Source: Minisyncoccota bacterium (lineage in GTDB: Bacteria; Patescibacteriota; Minisyncoccia; Phycocordibacterales; UBA9973). From it: DNA of 49,856 nt. Below are positions 1 to 9,543 of the stretch, in pieces. The DNA is taken from assembly GCA_043776915.1 (NCBI GenBank), contig JAYVQT010000038.1, positions 1 to 49,856 of the forward strand. Reading direction: 5' to 3'. Each line of letters begins with the position of its first letter. Position 1 is the stretch's first letter. Both the position numbers and the translations under genes were made by a program. The notes beneath the pieces were generated by a model that made no database searches, was not told the origin of the DNA, and was given only the letters and a program-made list of their open reading frames with translations.

Positions 1-599
1 CGTATGGTATTAAAGGACATATTGGATACTGTCCTTTTGTCCCTTATAAAAGACTCTGCGGGGAACTCCTTTCGTAGATTATATTCTTCCGTGTTTGTAT
101 GAGTTGTGGGTAGGTCGAACATTGCCTCATCTAGGGTAAAAGTAAAATGTGTATCCTTTGATTGAATAACTTTGAGCTCATGTGCTAGTACCAAGATTTC
201 TCTTTTCAATATAGAAGTATTCATCTCAGATATAAATCCAATAGTATAAGATATTTCTATCAAAGAAAGTACTTCATGTATGTGGGAAAGTGTGATCGGA
301 ACATGATTTCTCTTATCCACGGGTAGTGCTGTTTCTAGCTTGTACATATCAGACAAAAGTTCAACTCCACGTAAGCGAATATTCCCTTTTATAGCATCGT
401 CAGTGTCCATGCAATCCGTCACCATATAAAGGGCTGTTACAAGCTTCTCTGTCTTTTTGTTTATATATTCATAGGTTAGAATATGCTCATTTTGAATAGG
501 CTTATGTAGTAAAGAGTTATTACTAGTTACAGATGCATTACTATCTCTGTTTTTAGGGTTATACATATCTGTCTTTTTATTGTCTTTTTGATATTCCAT
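1..599 (-). CDS. Hypothetical helical protein, 3' end runs off the window; not in the ORF track
   Basis: Manual translation from ATG at 599 gives MEYQKDNKK...YINKKTEKLVTALYMVTDCMD...GFISEMNTSILKRE..., open to the window edge; divergent from ftsK. Confidence 0.8.
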   Translation of the reverse strand, partial: MEYQKDNKKTDMYNPKNRDSNASVTSNNSLLHKPIQNEHILTYEYINKKTEKLVTALYMVTDCMDTDDAIKGNIRLRGVELLSDMYKLETALPVDKRNHVPITLSHIHEVLSLIEISYTIGFISEMNTSILKREILVLAHELKVIQSKDTHFTFTLDEAMFDLPTTHTNTEEYNLRKEFPAESFIRDKRTVSNMSFNTI

Positions 600-756
600 G
601 TGTCTTTTTGAATTTAAATGACTAACCTATTGCTCACATATTATGTCTTTGATTTGTCCATTATATACTGAAATACGGGCAATGCAAATAGAACCGAAAA
701 ACGTTATGGGAATAAATACATCTGTAGAAAATAATGTGATATAATCAAATGATATT

Positions 757-2952
757 ATGGCAAAAAAAGATACTGAAGAAGATAATGATGAGTCATCTGT
801 GCGACAAAATAAAAAAAAGAAAAACAAACGAACGAAAGTTGAACTCAAGGATGAAACACGGCACAGTATTTGGGGTATTAGCCTTCTGGTACTTGGAGTC
901 TTTACCTTGCTTTCGATATTTAAACTAGCTGGTGTAGCGGGAGATTATTTTTATAATTTCTTTAGTAAATTTTTTGGGGTTGGATTTTATCTCTTGCCGA
1001 TACTTTTGGTGATCGTTGGTATATCTTTTATGCGTAAAGGCCGGCCGCATGTTGCTCGACTGCATGCTGTCACTTCCATTGCTGTTCTTCTGTCTACGCT
1101 TGGAATTATGGATATCATAAGTAACGGGCAAGGCCAATCAGTGATGCTTACTCTTGGCGGGTATTTGGGTGCACTTATAGCGTGGCCATTCGTAAAACTT
1201 TTTGGTATGTATGCAGGTGTGCTCCTCCTCTCAACGATACTAATTATTTCACTCATTGTATTGTTTGATAGGAGTCCAAATTTTTTCACATTATGGCAGA
1301 AAATTATAAGCTTCTTCAAACGAGATATTAGCTTACCAACGTTTAATAAAGAGAATGGTACTGATGACGAAGGAGTGCAGAAAAATCTTCCTCCTCAAAC
1401 AAAAGAAGAAGAAACTGAGGACTCGCTTGAATATAGTGAAGATGCTATTGAAAAGGAAGCTTTGCCAATGAACAAGAAAAAGAAATTTAGCACTACCTAC
1501 ACCCCACCACCACTGTCACTACTTGAGAAAGATAAAGGTAAGCCAAACGTTGGCGACTTGAAAGGTAATATGAATATTATCCAGCGAACACTTCTGAACT
1601 TTGGTATCTCAGTCGAGATGGATGAAGTAACCATTGGGCCAACAGTCACGCGCTACGCACTGAAACCAGCCCAAGGTATGAAGCTCTCGCGTATTGTTGG
1701 ACTTCAGAATGATCTGTCACTTGCCTTAGCTGCGCACCCTATCCGTATCGAAGCTCCCATTCCAGGTAAAAGCTTAGTCGGTATCGAGATTCCCAATAAA
1801 TTAAAATCAACTGTCGGACTTGCTACTCTCCTCTCTGATGATAAATTCCAAAATTCACCGAAGCCACTCACGGTGGCGCTTGGCCGTGGACTTTCTGGTA
1901 AAGCAGTATTTGGTAACTTAGCCAAGATGCCACACATGCTTGTAGCGGGAACAACGGGCTCTGGTAAGTCAGTCACCATTCACTCTATTATCACATCCTT
2001 GCTCTATAGAAATGGACCAGAAGATTTACGACTCATCTTAGTCGACCCAAAGCGTGTTGAACTTACTTTATACAATAAAATCCCTCACTTACTTACTCCC
2101 GTTATTACTGACCCAAAGAAGACAATCCTTGCACTCAAATGGGCTGCCAAAGAAATGGATCGCCGGTATGATATACTTGAATCAGAATCAGTCCGCGATA
2201 TTGAGTCTTACCACAATAATATCTACGCGAGCAAAAAGAAAGCTCTATCTGGTGAGGACACCGAGCGTATGCCATATATAGTCATCGTCATAGATGAACT
2301 CGCGGATATTATGCAGACCTATCCTCGTGAACTTGAAAGTGCCATTGTCCGTCTTGCCCAGATGTCTCGTGCTGTCGGTATCCATCTGATCCTTTCAACT
2401 CAGCGCCCAAGTGTTAACGTCATTACTGGTCTTATTAAAGCTAACGTTCCAACTCGTATCGCCCTGCAAGTATCTTCTCAGATAGATTCACGAACTATTC
2501 TTGACCAAGGTGGTGCTGAGAAACTTCTCGGAGCTGGAGATATGCTCTATGCCTCAGGTGAAATGTCTCAGCCAGAGCGTATCCAGAGTGCCTTTATTTC
2601 TGAGGAAGAAGTCAAAAAGGTGGTAGAATATCTAAAGCAGGCGTACATGGATGAAATACCTGACACCATCGAACTTTCTGGTACAATAGAGAAGGGTAAC
2701 AATCTTTTTAGTGACAGCATGAGTGATAATGAAGATGATGACCTGTACGAAGATGCTCGGACGACAGTTATGGAAGCTGGTAAAGCCTCGACATCATACC
2801 TTCAACGCAAGCTTGGTGTCGGATATGCGAGAGCCGCGAAACTCATCGACATGCTCGAAGAACGCGGAGTTATCGGAGCTGGTAATGGCGCAAAACCACG
2901 TGATGTGCTTGAAAAACCAATGGATCACACTGCCGATATCATCGGTTCATAA
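757..2952 (+). CDS. ftsK: DNA translocase FtsK/SpoIIIE
   Basis: N-terminal TM helices, Walker A GTTGSGKS, IDELAD, TQRPS, C-terminal gamma domain (ASTSYLQRKLGVGYARAA). Confidence 0.98.
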   Translation: MAKKDTEEDNDESSVRQNKKKKNKRTKVELKDETRHSIWGISLLVLGVFTLLSIFKLAGVAGDYFYNFFSKFFGVGFYLLPILLVIVGISFMRKGRPHVARLHAVTSIAVLLSTLGIMDIISNGQGQSVMLTLGGYLGALIAWPFVKLFGMYAGVLLLSTILIISLIVLFDRSPNFFTLWQKIISFFKRDISLPTFNKENGTDDEGVQKNLPPQTKEEETEDSLEYSEDAIEKEALPMNKKKKFSTTYTPPPLSLLEKDKGKPNVGDLKGNMNIIQRTLLNFGISVEMDEVTIGPTVTRYALKPAQGMKLSRIVGLQNDLSLALAAHPIRIEAPIPGKSLVGIEIPNKLKSTVGLATLLSDDKFQNSPKPLTVALGRGLSGKAVFGNLAKMPHMLVAGTTGSGKSVTIHSIITSLLYRNGPEDLRLILVDPKRVELTLYNKIPHLLTPVITDPKKTILALKWAAKEMDRRYDILESESVRDIESYHNNIYASKKKALSGEDTERMPYIVIVIDELADIMQTYPRELESAIVRLAQMSRAVGIHLILSTQRPSVNVITGLIKANVPTRIALQVSSQIDSRTILDQGGAEKLLGAGDMLYASGEMSQPERIQSAFISEEEVKKVVEYLKQAYMDEIPDTIELSGTIEKGNNLFSDSMSDNEDDDLYEDARTTVMEAGKASTSYLQRKLGVGYARAAKLIDMLEERGVIGAGNGAKPRDVLEKPMDHTADIIGS

Positions 2953-2962
2953 ATACTAACGA

Positions 2963-3364
2963 ATGCCAATAATAAAAAATAAAAATATAAAATGGTGGCT
3001 TGGACTGATATCATGTATCACACTCTTTATTTTTATTGGAATATTTGCCTACATGAAAATGGATTTCTTGTTCCGCGGTGTACAGATTAACTCTCTTGTT
3101 ATACACAAGAGTAATCCATCGTCCCTCGTAACCGTCTCCGGCAAAGCTACTCATGCAACCTATATAAGCCTCAATGATAGAGAAATCTTCATAGGGCCTG
3201 ATGGAACATTTACCGAAGAACTCGCTCTCCTCCCAGGACTTTCTATACTTACATTGAAAGCAGAAGATAAATTTGGTCATACCTCAGACAAAAAACTTGA
3301 AGTCGTCTATCAAGAAAGTACTGGCGTCGTTGCCGTCAGCAATCCAATTATTAATACTAACTAA
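2963..3364 (+). CDS. Membrane-anchored Ig-like domain protein
   Basis: One N-terminal TM helix then a beta-rich domain ([26 protein letters not shown]). Confidence 0.75.
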   Translation: MPIIKNKNIKWWLGLISCITLFIFIGIFAYMKMDFLFRGVQINSLVIHKSNPSSLVTVSGKATHATYISLNDREIFIGPDGTFTEELALLPGLSILTLKAEDKFGHTSDKKLEVVYQESTGVVAVSNPIINTN

Positions 3365-3372
3365 AAAATAAA

Positions 3373-4443
3373 ATGCAAAAAAAAGCAAAAAAAGAATTAA
3401 AGGAAATAGGCGGAGCGATTGAAGATACTATTAAATCCATCCAGACAAAGTTCGGCGAAGGCGCCATTATGAAGCTCGGTGACGCACCGAAAGTCAACAT
3501 TGACGTCATACCAACCGGTTCAATTGGTCTTGATATGGCGCTCGGTGTCGGTGGTGTCCCTCGTGGACGTATTATAGAAATATTTGGACCAGAATCAAGT
3601 GGTAAAACCACTCTCGCCCTTCATATTGTAGCTGAAGCTCAAAAAAAGGGTGGTGTCTGTGCCTATATTGATGCTGAGCACGCCATGGACCCTGATTATG
3701 CTGGCAAGCTTGGAGTAAATATCAAAGAACTCCTCATATCACAGCCAGACAATGGTGAGCAAGGTCTCGAGATTACTGAGAGCTTAGTTCGTTCAGGAAA
3801 GATTGATGTCGTTGTTGTTGACTCAGTAGCAGCTCTCACACCACGCGATGAAATCGAAGGTGACATGGGCCAGCAACATATGGGAAAGCAAGCTCGCCTG
3901 ATGTCTCAAGCGCTTCGTAAACTTACAGCTATAGTAGCACGCTCAAAAACGGTTGTTATCTTCATCAACCAGATCCGTATGCAAATTGGTGTGATGTTCG
4001 GTAATCCTGAGACCACTCCAGGTGGTAAAGCACTTAAGTTCTATACATCAATACGTCTTGATATACGACGTATTGCTCAAATTAAAAAAGGTGAAGAAGT
4101 CGTTGGCTCACGTACCCGCGTGAAAGTCGTCAAGAATAAAGTAGCAGCACCATTCAAGCAAACTGAGTTCGATATCCTCTACGGCGAAGGTATTTCCCGG
4201 GAAGGTGAGATTATGGCGCTTGGAGAGAAGCTCGGTATTATTAGTAAGACAAGTGGAGCAATATTCTCATACCTTGGTACAGCCAAAGCTCGAGAAAAAG
4301 GTCCTGTGGAGGAAATAAAGCTTGGCCGTGGTTATGATGCCGCTCGCACCTACCTTCGTGATAATAAAAAGCTCTCTGAGGAAATATTAAAAGAGGTCCG
4401 TTCTCGCTTTGGGGAAATCCAAGTCGCAAGCTCTGGAGAATAA
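3373..4443 (+). CDS. recA: Recombinase RecA
   Basis: [34 protein letters not shown]. Confidence 0.99.
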   Translation: MQKKAKKELKEIGGAIEDTIKSIQTKFGEGAIMKLGDAPKVNIDVIPTGSIGLDMALGVGGVPRGRIIEIFGPESSGKTTLALHIVAEAQKKGGVCAYIDAEHAMDPDYAGKLGVNIKELLISQPDNGEQGLEITESLVRSGKIDVVVVDSVAALTPRDEIEGDMGQQHMGKQARLMSQALRKLTAIVARSKTVVIFINQIRMQIGVMFGNPETTPGGKALKFYTSIRLDIRRIAQIKKGEEVVGSRTRVKVVKNKVAAPFKQTEFDILYGEGISREGEIMALGEKLGIISKTSGAIFSYLGTAKAREKGPVEEIKLGRGYDAARTYLRDNKKLSEEILKEVRSRFGEIQVASSGE

Positions 4444-4479
4444 ATAGACTTTTTTAAAACTTTACGCTAGAATAGCCCC

Positions 4480-5055
4480 ATGCTTGAATACAGTGAAATC
4501 CGTGAACGGAAAATAATTATCTTTGAAAATGAACCATGTGAAGTCTTAGAGGCTCATGTGGCGCGTACACAGCAAAGAAAACCCCAAAACCAAGTGAAGC
4601 TTAAGAGTCTTCTGTCTGGTCGCACCTGGAACACCGTTTTCCATGCGTCTGACAAAGCTGATGAGGCTGAGATTACCAAAAAAGATGTAAAATTTTTATA
4701 TGCGAACAAGGGCGAGTACTGGTTTGCTAATCCTGAAGATCCAAAAGACCGTTTTCAACTTTCTGAAAAAATTCTCGGCGATGGAGCGAAATTTCTGAAG
4801 ATGAATGAGAATGCTTCCGCTTTAGTTTGGGATAATGATGGCGAAGAGCAAATCATAAGCATCAAATTACCGGTAAAAATGGAATTCGTTATCAAAGAAG
4901 CTCCACCGTCAATTAAAGGTAATACAGCGAACGGTGGGGGTAAAGTTGTCGTTCTTGAGAATGGTATCAACATGAACGTCCCCTTCTTTCTACAAGCCGG
5001 CGACAAAATCCGCATCAACACCGAGACGGGTGAATACGTTGAACGCGTCTCATAG
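4480..5055 (+). CDS. efp: Elongation factor P with non-canonical loop
   Basis: KGNTA..GGK, VPFFL..GDKIRINTETGEYVER C-terminal signature; loop is ARTQQRKP rather than KPGKG. Confidence 0.93.
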   Translation: MLEYSEIRERKIIIFENEPCEVLEAHVARTQQRKPQNQVKLKSLLSGRTWNTVFHASDKADEAEITKKDVKFLYANKGEYWFANPEDPKDRFQLSEKILGDGAKFLKMNENASALVWDNDGEEQIISIKLPVKMEFVIKEAPPSIKGNTANGGGKVVVLENGINMNVPFFLQAGDKIRINTETGEYVERVS

Positions 5056-5064
5056 TTCCCTTCC

Positions 5065-5107
5065 AGTATAAATTTCCCAAAGGAAAGTCCTTTGGGAAAT
5101 TTATACT
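5065..5107. terminator. Bidirectional terminator-like hairpin between convergent efp and rplK
   Basis: Perfect 20-bp inverted repeat AGTATAAATTTCCCAAAGGA-aag-TCCTTTGGGAAATTTATACT. Confidence 0.85.
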
Positions 5108-5110
5108 TTA

Positions 5111-5539
5111 TTAGTCAACGATGGTGATACCTGCAGAGCGAGCTGATCCTTCGATGATTTTCATTGCACCTTGAATGTCTTTTGCATTTAAATCAGGCAT
5201 TTTTTTCTCAGCAATTTCTTTAACCTGAGCCTTGGTAATCTTACCAATCTTTGCTGTATTTGGCTTACCTGAACCTTTCTCAATACCAGCTGCTTTGAAT
5301 ATAAGTCCCGCTACTGGAGGAGTCTTAACCTTGATATCGTACGTACGATCTTCATACACAGTAATCAAGCATCCAACGATCTCCCCTGCTTGTGCTTGAG
5401 TCATCGCATTAAACTTCTGACAAAATTCAGCGATGTTCACCCCAGCCTGACCAAGAGCTGGACCAAGCGGTGGTGCGGGAGTTGCTTTAGCAGCAGGAAT
5501 TTGTAGTTTGACTTTTTTTGTTATTTTTTTTGTTGCCAT
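5111..5539 (-). CDS. rplK: 50S ribosomal protein L11
   Basis: [27 protein letters not shown]. Confidence 0.99.
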   Translation of the reverse strand: MATKKITKKVKLQIPAAKATPAPPLGPALGQAGVNIAEFCQKFNAMTQAQAGEIVGCLITVYEDRTYDIKVKTPPVAGLIFKAAGIEKGSGKPNTAKIGKITKAQVKEIAEKKMPDLNAKDIQGAMKIIEGSARSAGITIVD

Positions 5540-5591
5540 ATAATATAGTATTATCGATAATTGAAGCTAGCGTAACAGGAGTTAGTATATA

Positions 5592-6146
5592 TTAGAGTTT
5601 CTTAATTTGCAAGAAATCCAATTCAACAGGTGTCTCACGACCAAACATTGATACAAGCACTTTAACTTTCCCCCGTTCACGATCAACGTCGTTTACCTTG
5701 CCTTCTAGCTCTTTAAATGGTCCGTCAGCAATGCGCACAATTTCCCCCACTTCGACATCAATCTGATGCTTACCGCTTTCACCGTTGGCTTTATCCATAC
5801 GACTAAAGAGGTCATCAACTTCTTGCTTGTTGAGTGGTACAGGGTTCACACCGGCACCGACGAATCCTGTGACGCGAGGGGTATTCCGCACGACGTACCA
5901 TGAGTTATCATCGACAATCATATCTACAAGGACATAGCCCGGGTACACTTTCTCTTCGACTTCGACGCGCTTACCAGCTTTAATCTTAATCTTTTTCTCA
6001 GTTGGAACGATGACGCTAAAAATTTTGTCATTCATAGCAAGCGAATCTATACGCTGCTTCAAGTTACGCATAACAGCATTCTCATAGCCAGCGTAAGTAT
6101 GTATCGCGTACCAATTCCTTTCTCCTCGTAATTCTTGTTTAGCCAT
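5592..6146 (-). CDS. nusG: Transcription termination/antitermination factor NusG
   Basis: WYAIHTYAGYE, YPGYVLV, KOW motif, MFGRETPVEL. Confidence 0.99.
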   Translation of the reverse strand: MAKQELRGERNWYAIHTYAGYENAVMRNLKQRIDSLAMNDKIFSVIVPTEKKIKIKAGKRVEVEEKVYPGYVLVDMIVDDNSWYVVRNTPRVTGFVGAGVNPVPLNKQEVDDLFSRMDKANGESGKHQIDVEVGEIVRIADGPFKELEGKVNDVDRERGKVKVLVSMFGRETPVELDFLQIKKL

Positions 6147-6159
6147 AATAATTTTAAGG

Positions 6160-6179
6160 CCTGCCTACCGGCAGGCAGG
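6160..6179. repeat. GC-rich 20-bp palindromic element
   Basis: CCTGCCTACCGGCAGGCAGG, near-perfect palindrome abutting the secE stop codon in AT-rich context. Confidence 0.7.
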
Positions 6180-6365
6180 TTATCTGGTAATTACCCACTC
6201 AAGCCCCATGCTAAATAATTTGTCGAAAAGGCCAAGGAAATAAGCCACAAATACTGACACAATCAAAACAGCCAAGGTAAAATACATTGTTTGACTGCGA
6301 GTCGGCCAGGTCACATTCTTAAATTCTCCCTTAACTTCCTTTAGAAATTCAATAGTTTTATTCAT
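6180..6365 (-). CDS. secE: Preprotein translocase subunit SecE (start revised to MNKTIEF)
   Basis: EFKNVTWPTR motif plus a single TM helix; upstream of nusG. Confidence 0.95.
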   Translation of the reverse strand: MNKTIEFLKEVKGEFKNVTWPTRSQTMYFTLAVLIVSVFVAYFLGLFDKLFSMGLEWVITR

Positions 6366-6441
6366 ATAATATGTTGCTCTTATTAAAAACCACCCCGAAG
6401 GGCTTATACAAGCATAGTACCCTTTTACACTATCTCTGTCA

Positions 6442-6483
6442 ATCAATACAAAATCCGGCCTTATAGCCGGATTTTGTATTGAT
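6442..6483. terminator. Terminator-like hairpin after SIMPL gene
   Basis: 18-bp inverted repeat ATCAATACAAAATCCGGC-cttata-GCCGGATTTTGTATTGAT. Confidence 0.8.
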
Positions 6484-6493
6484 ACTATGTAGA

Positions 6494-7285
6494 TTATCGT
6501 ATTTCGTATGTAATCGTTACATTCGAAGTTATCTTATTCTGACCTTTTGGAAGCTCTGGAGCCGAAGGCATTGCAGAAGTACCTGCCATCATTGCTTTTG
6601 AATCATACATCATTGGATATGCACTCCCCCCATTCTCAGAGAATGTTACTACTTTACCAAGGTGAACTCCTAACTCTTTGGCGAGAACTTCCGCTTGTGT
6701 TCGTGCGTCTTTAATCGCACTTGAACGAGCTTGGTCCTTAAAAGTATCTTCGTCATCAATACTGAATGTCGGGCCATTAATATCAGTTACCCCCACAGTA
6801 GCAAGACTGGTACGAATGTCATTTGCAGTATCAACATCTCTGATCTTAACGGTTAGTGACTGTGTAGCCGTGTAGCCAATAATCTTCGGATTATTTTGCG
6901 GACATGGGTATGTGTAGCAAACTAGATTTTGGTTTGAATACTTTGGATTAATACCGCCGTATTCTGACTTTACATCTTTATCCTCGATCTTTTTGTCTTT
7001 CAGAGTTGCTAGAACTTTAGTAATCATATCGTTCAAGTTCTTCTGAGCCTCTTTTGAGGTGACGCCATCTTTTGTCAGATTCATAGTAAGTGTGGCAATA
7101 TCTGAAACTGCCATCACTTCACCTTTACCGCTGACAGAGATAACATTTGGTTGTTGATTACCACGGCCGACGTACTCGCTCGACTTAACTTCATTAATAA
7201 ACTTCGCCAGAGTAAAGAGCGAAAGTAAAACCATAAAAATAATAACTACCCTTATAAACCGCTTATTTGTTAAAATTGTTTCCAT
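6494..7285 (-). CDS. SIMPL (DUF541/BP26) domain protein
   Basis: N-terminal TM, ISVSGKGEV, AIKDARTQAEVLA..LG..LGKV, ends VTITYEI. Confidence 0.92.
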   Translation of the reverse strand: METILTNKRFIRVVIIFMVLLSLFTLAKFINEVKSSEYVGRGNQQPNVISVSGKGEVMAVSDIATLTMNLTKDGVTSKEAQKNLNDMITKVLATLKDKKIEDKDVKSEYGGINPKYSNQNLVCYTYPCPQNNPKIIGYTATQSLTVKIRDVDTANDIRTSLATVGVTDINGPTFSIDDEDTFKDQARSSAIKDARTQAEVLAKELGVHLGKVVTFSENGGSAYPMMYDSKAMMAGTSAMPSAPELPKGQNKITSNVTITYEIR

Positions 7286-7320
7286 AGACTTATTATATCA
7301 CAGAATGAAGAGTTCTAACG

Positions 7321-7349
7321 TTGACAACTATTACTAAAAATCATACTAT
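7321..7349 (+). promoter_or_regulatory. Near-consensus sigma70 promoter
   Basis: TTGACA-17 nt-TACTAT. Confidence 0.75.
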
Positions 7350-7391
7350 TAATTCTAGTATTTATATTTTTAAAACCTAAAATGTAAAAGT

Positions 7392-7502
7392 ATGAATGTT
7401 ATTTTTGAATTTGGTTTTCCTCAACTAGGAATAAGCTTAGTGAGTACTGTAATTTTACTTTTTTTGTTAAAAAGATTTAAAGAACCCCTTAAATCTTTTT
7501 AA
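7392..7502 (+). CDS. Putative 36-aa small membrane peptide (below ORF track cutoff)
   Basis: MNVIFEFGFPQLGISLVSTVILLFLLKRFKEPLKSF*: hydrophobic stretch and basic tail, between a promoter and a terminator. Confidence 0.5.
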   Translation: MNVIFEFGFPQLGISLVSTVILLFLLKRFKEPLKSF

Positions 7503-7529
7503 GAAGAATTAAGATTGCTGTAAAAATTT

Positions 7530-7557
7530 ACAGTGCTCTTGTTTACAAGAGCACTGT
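7530..7557. terminator. Intrinsic terminator hairpin
   Basis: ACAGTGCTCTTGT-tt-ACAAGAGCACTGT followed by a T-run on the + strand. Confidence 0.8.
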
Positions 7558-7560
7558 TTT

Positions 7561-8241
7561 TTATTTCTTATTCATCGTATCACTAATGATTGCACCGTCG
7601 GCCATAGTGATGGTCCGATCGGCAAGTTTAGCATACTCAGGTTCGTGAGTAACCATGACAATCGTCTGTCCTTCTTTATTAAGCTCAATAAATACAGTAA
7701 TAACCTGATCGGACGTTTCCGAGTCGAGGTTAGCAGTCGGCTCATCAGCAAAGATTATTTTCGGATCGTGCGATATCGCGCGTGCAATCGAGACGCGCTG
7801 TTGCTGGCCACCAGAGAGCTGGCTTGGCAGATTATTCATCCGGTCAAGTAGTCCGACACGCTCGAGTGCTTTCTTTGCTTTCTCTTCAGAAATGTCCATG
7901 GAGTAGCCTTGCATCAGAAGCGGTAAGATGGTGTTCTCAAGAGCAGTCAGTGATGGCAAGATAGCATAGTCTTGGAAGATGTAGCCAAGATCGTTCAGGC
8001 GAGTCATCGTCCGGTCTTGCTCGGCAATATTGACGCACTCTTTGCCATCGATCAGTACTTCCCCGCTTGTTGGAATATCCAGAAGACCAAGCTGGTACAG
8101 TAGTGTCGACTTTCCAGAACCCGACTTACCACTGATAGTCAAGAACTGTCCTTCGGGCACTTTAAATGACAGACCTTTTAAGGCTGCTATTGTCTGGTCA
8201 CCACTTTGAAATATTTTTGTTAAATTTTTGACTTCGATCAT
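7561..8241 (-). CDS. ABC transporter ATP-binding protein (LolD/MacB-type)
   Basis: [30 protein letters not shown]. Confidence 0.97.
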   Translation of the reverse strand: MIEVKNLTKIFQSGDQTIAALKGLSFKVPEGQFLTISGKSGSGKSTLLYQLGLLDIPTSGEVLIDGKECVNIAEQDRTMTRLNDLGYIFQDYAILPSLTALENTILPLLMQGYSMDISEEKAKKALERVGLLDRMNNLPSQLSGGQQQRVSIARAISHDPKIIFADEPTANLDSETSDQVITVFIELNKEGQTIVMVTHEPEYAKLADRTITMADGAIISDTMNKK

Positions 8242-8246
8242 ATGTG

Positions 8247-9524
8247 TTATCTACCTAATATAGCACTGAGAGTATTCTGTTTAATAACAATACGAGCTGG
8301 GATGAAGCCAGCGATCATTGTCGTCACTAAAAGAATGAAAGCGCGGATTAGCGTACCCGAGAGTGTCGCAACCAAGATACCATCAGAAAATGGGAAATTG
8401 ATCGGGTTCGCTGCGAAGTACGGCTTAATAAGTCCAAAGATAAGAACCATCCCAATAGCAATACCAAGTGATGCATAGAGTGTGGCTTGATACATGTACG
8501 AGTAAAGTATGGCTTTTTTATTAATACCAATCCCCTTCAAGATACCAATGAACCTACGACGAGTAATAGCATTCACAAAAATAACAATAAATATGGTAAT
8601 CGAGGCTACAACAAGACCGATACCAGAAATGATAGATCCAATAAGGCCAAATGTTGCTTTAATATCTTGTAAGAATTTTGGAAAAGCTTCGTCAGCAACT
8701 TGAACTCGGGCATAGTCGCCAACTCCGCTATCGATAAGGAATTGCTTGGCTTCTAGAGCATTGGTGCCAGGCACGAGCTGAATAGCAATCGTACCCGCAT
8801 TCAAATCAGTCCGACCAGTAATCTTGCGAACTTCACTTGCAAGGGCCACAACTGACGTATCAAACTCATCAACCTTACTCGAGATAATGCCTTTCACAAA
8901 ATATTCTTTTGATACAGTCCCCACCGTAAGCTTAACTCGTGAGCCCACTTCGACATTCTTGAGCGTCTGAAATCCTGGTGCGTCAATTGGCGTAAATTCA
9001 TAGAGAAGATTTTTACCAATTAAAATACTATCACCATCATTATTATTGAGATACGATCCACGTATGACAAACTTGGAAATACCAGAAAATTTATTTTCTT
9101 CAGTTGGGTCAATACCGAGAAGTGAACCCGAAGCTCCATCGCGCTTCTCACCTGGCTTGATTGTCTCTTTGTAATTTGACTCAACACGAGCTGTACCTGA
9201 GTAGCGGACAGTATAATTCTTAAAGCCAGGCATCGTTTTGACAATACCGATAACTTGCGGAGTCTGGTCAATAGCTGACTTGTTTAAGAATGAAGAAATG
9301 ACAATATCACCGATAGCATACTTCTTCTGTGCATCTTCTGATCCTTGTATAAGTCCAACAAGAATGCCTGAGACAACAACCAGGTTCAGAAATGTGAGCG
9401 TCATAACCGCCACAATCAAAAGAGTCGTCCAAATATTAGCCCGCTTCAAATCGCGCTTGGCGAGGAACCATCCGACAATGATATTTTGCGAGAATGAATT
9501 TTCTATTTTTGATCGATCAGACAT
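8247..9524 (-). CDS. ABC transporter permease (MacB/FtsX/LolE family)
   Basis: One TM, large extracytoplasmic domain, three TM; RRFIGILKGIG motif. Confidence 0.9.
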   Translation of the reverse strand: MSDRSKIENSFSQNIIVGWFLAKRDLKRANIWTTLLIVAVMTLTFLNLVVVSGILVGLIQGSEDAQKKYAIGDIVISSFLNKSAIDQTPQVIGIVKTMPGFKNYTVRYSGTARVESNYKETIKPGEKRDGASGSLLGIDPTEENKFSGISKFVIRGSYLNNNDGDSILIGKNLLYEFTPIDAPGFQTLKNVEVGSRVKLTVGTVSKEYFVKGIISSKVDEFDTSVVALASEVRKITGRTDLNAGTIAIQLVPGTNALEAKQFLIDSGVGDYARVQVADEAFPKFLQDIKATFGLIGSIISGIGLVVASITIFIVIFVNAITRRRFIGILKGIGINKKAILYSYMYQATLYASLGIAIGMVLIFGLIKPYFAANPINFPFSDGILVATLSGTLIRAFILLVTTMIAGFIPARIVIKQNTLSAILGR

Positions 9525-9543
9525 TATATGATTCGTGAGGGTG

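Noticed and set aside
627-2959. Short ORFs overlapping ftsK, and similar shadow ORFs over fusA, recJ, pilC, nrdAB and the GH130 genes
   Set aside because: They overlap well-supported genes in other frames and show no recognisable motifs
3373-4443. Intein or intron in recA (also checked nrdA)
   Set aside because: Lengths are normal; recA has only a short C-terminal loop insertion
6366-6446. Longer N-termini in the ORF track for secE, also FKBP, rpsL, M50, recJ, pgk, tpiA, DUF475, phosphoesterase and nucleotidyltransferase
   Set aside because: Extensions overlap neighbours or promoters; downstream ATGs fit family starts and, in several cases, the -10 spacing
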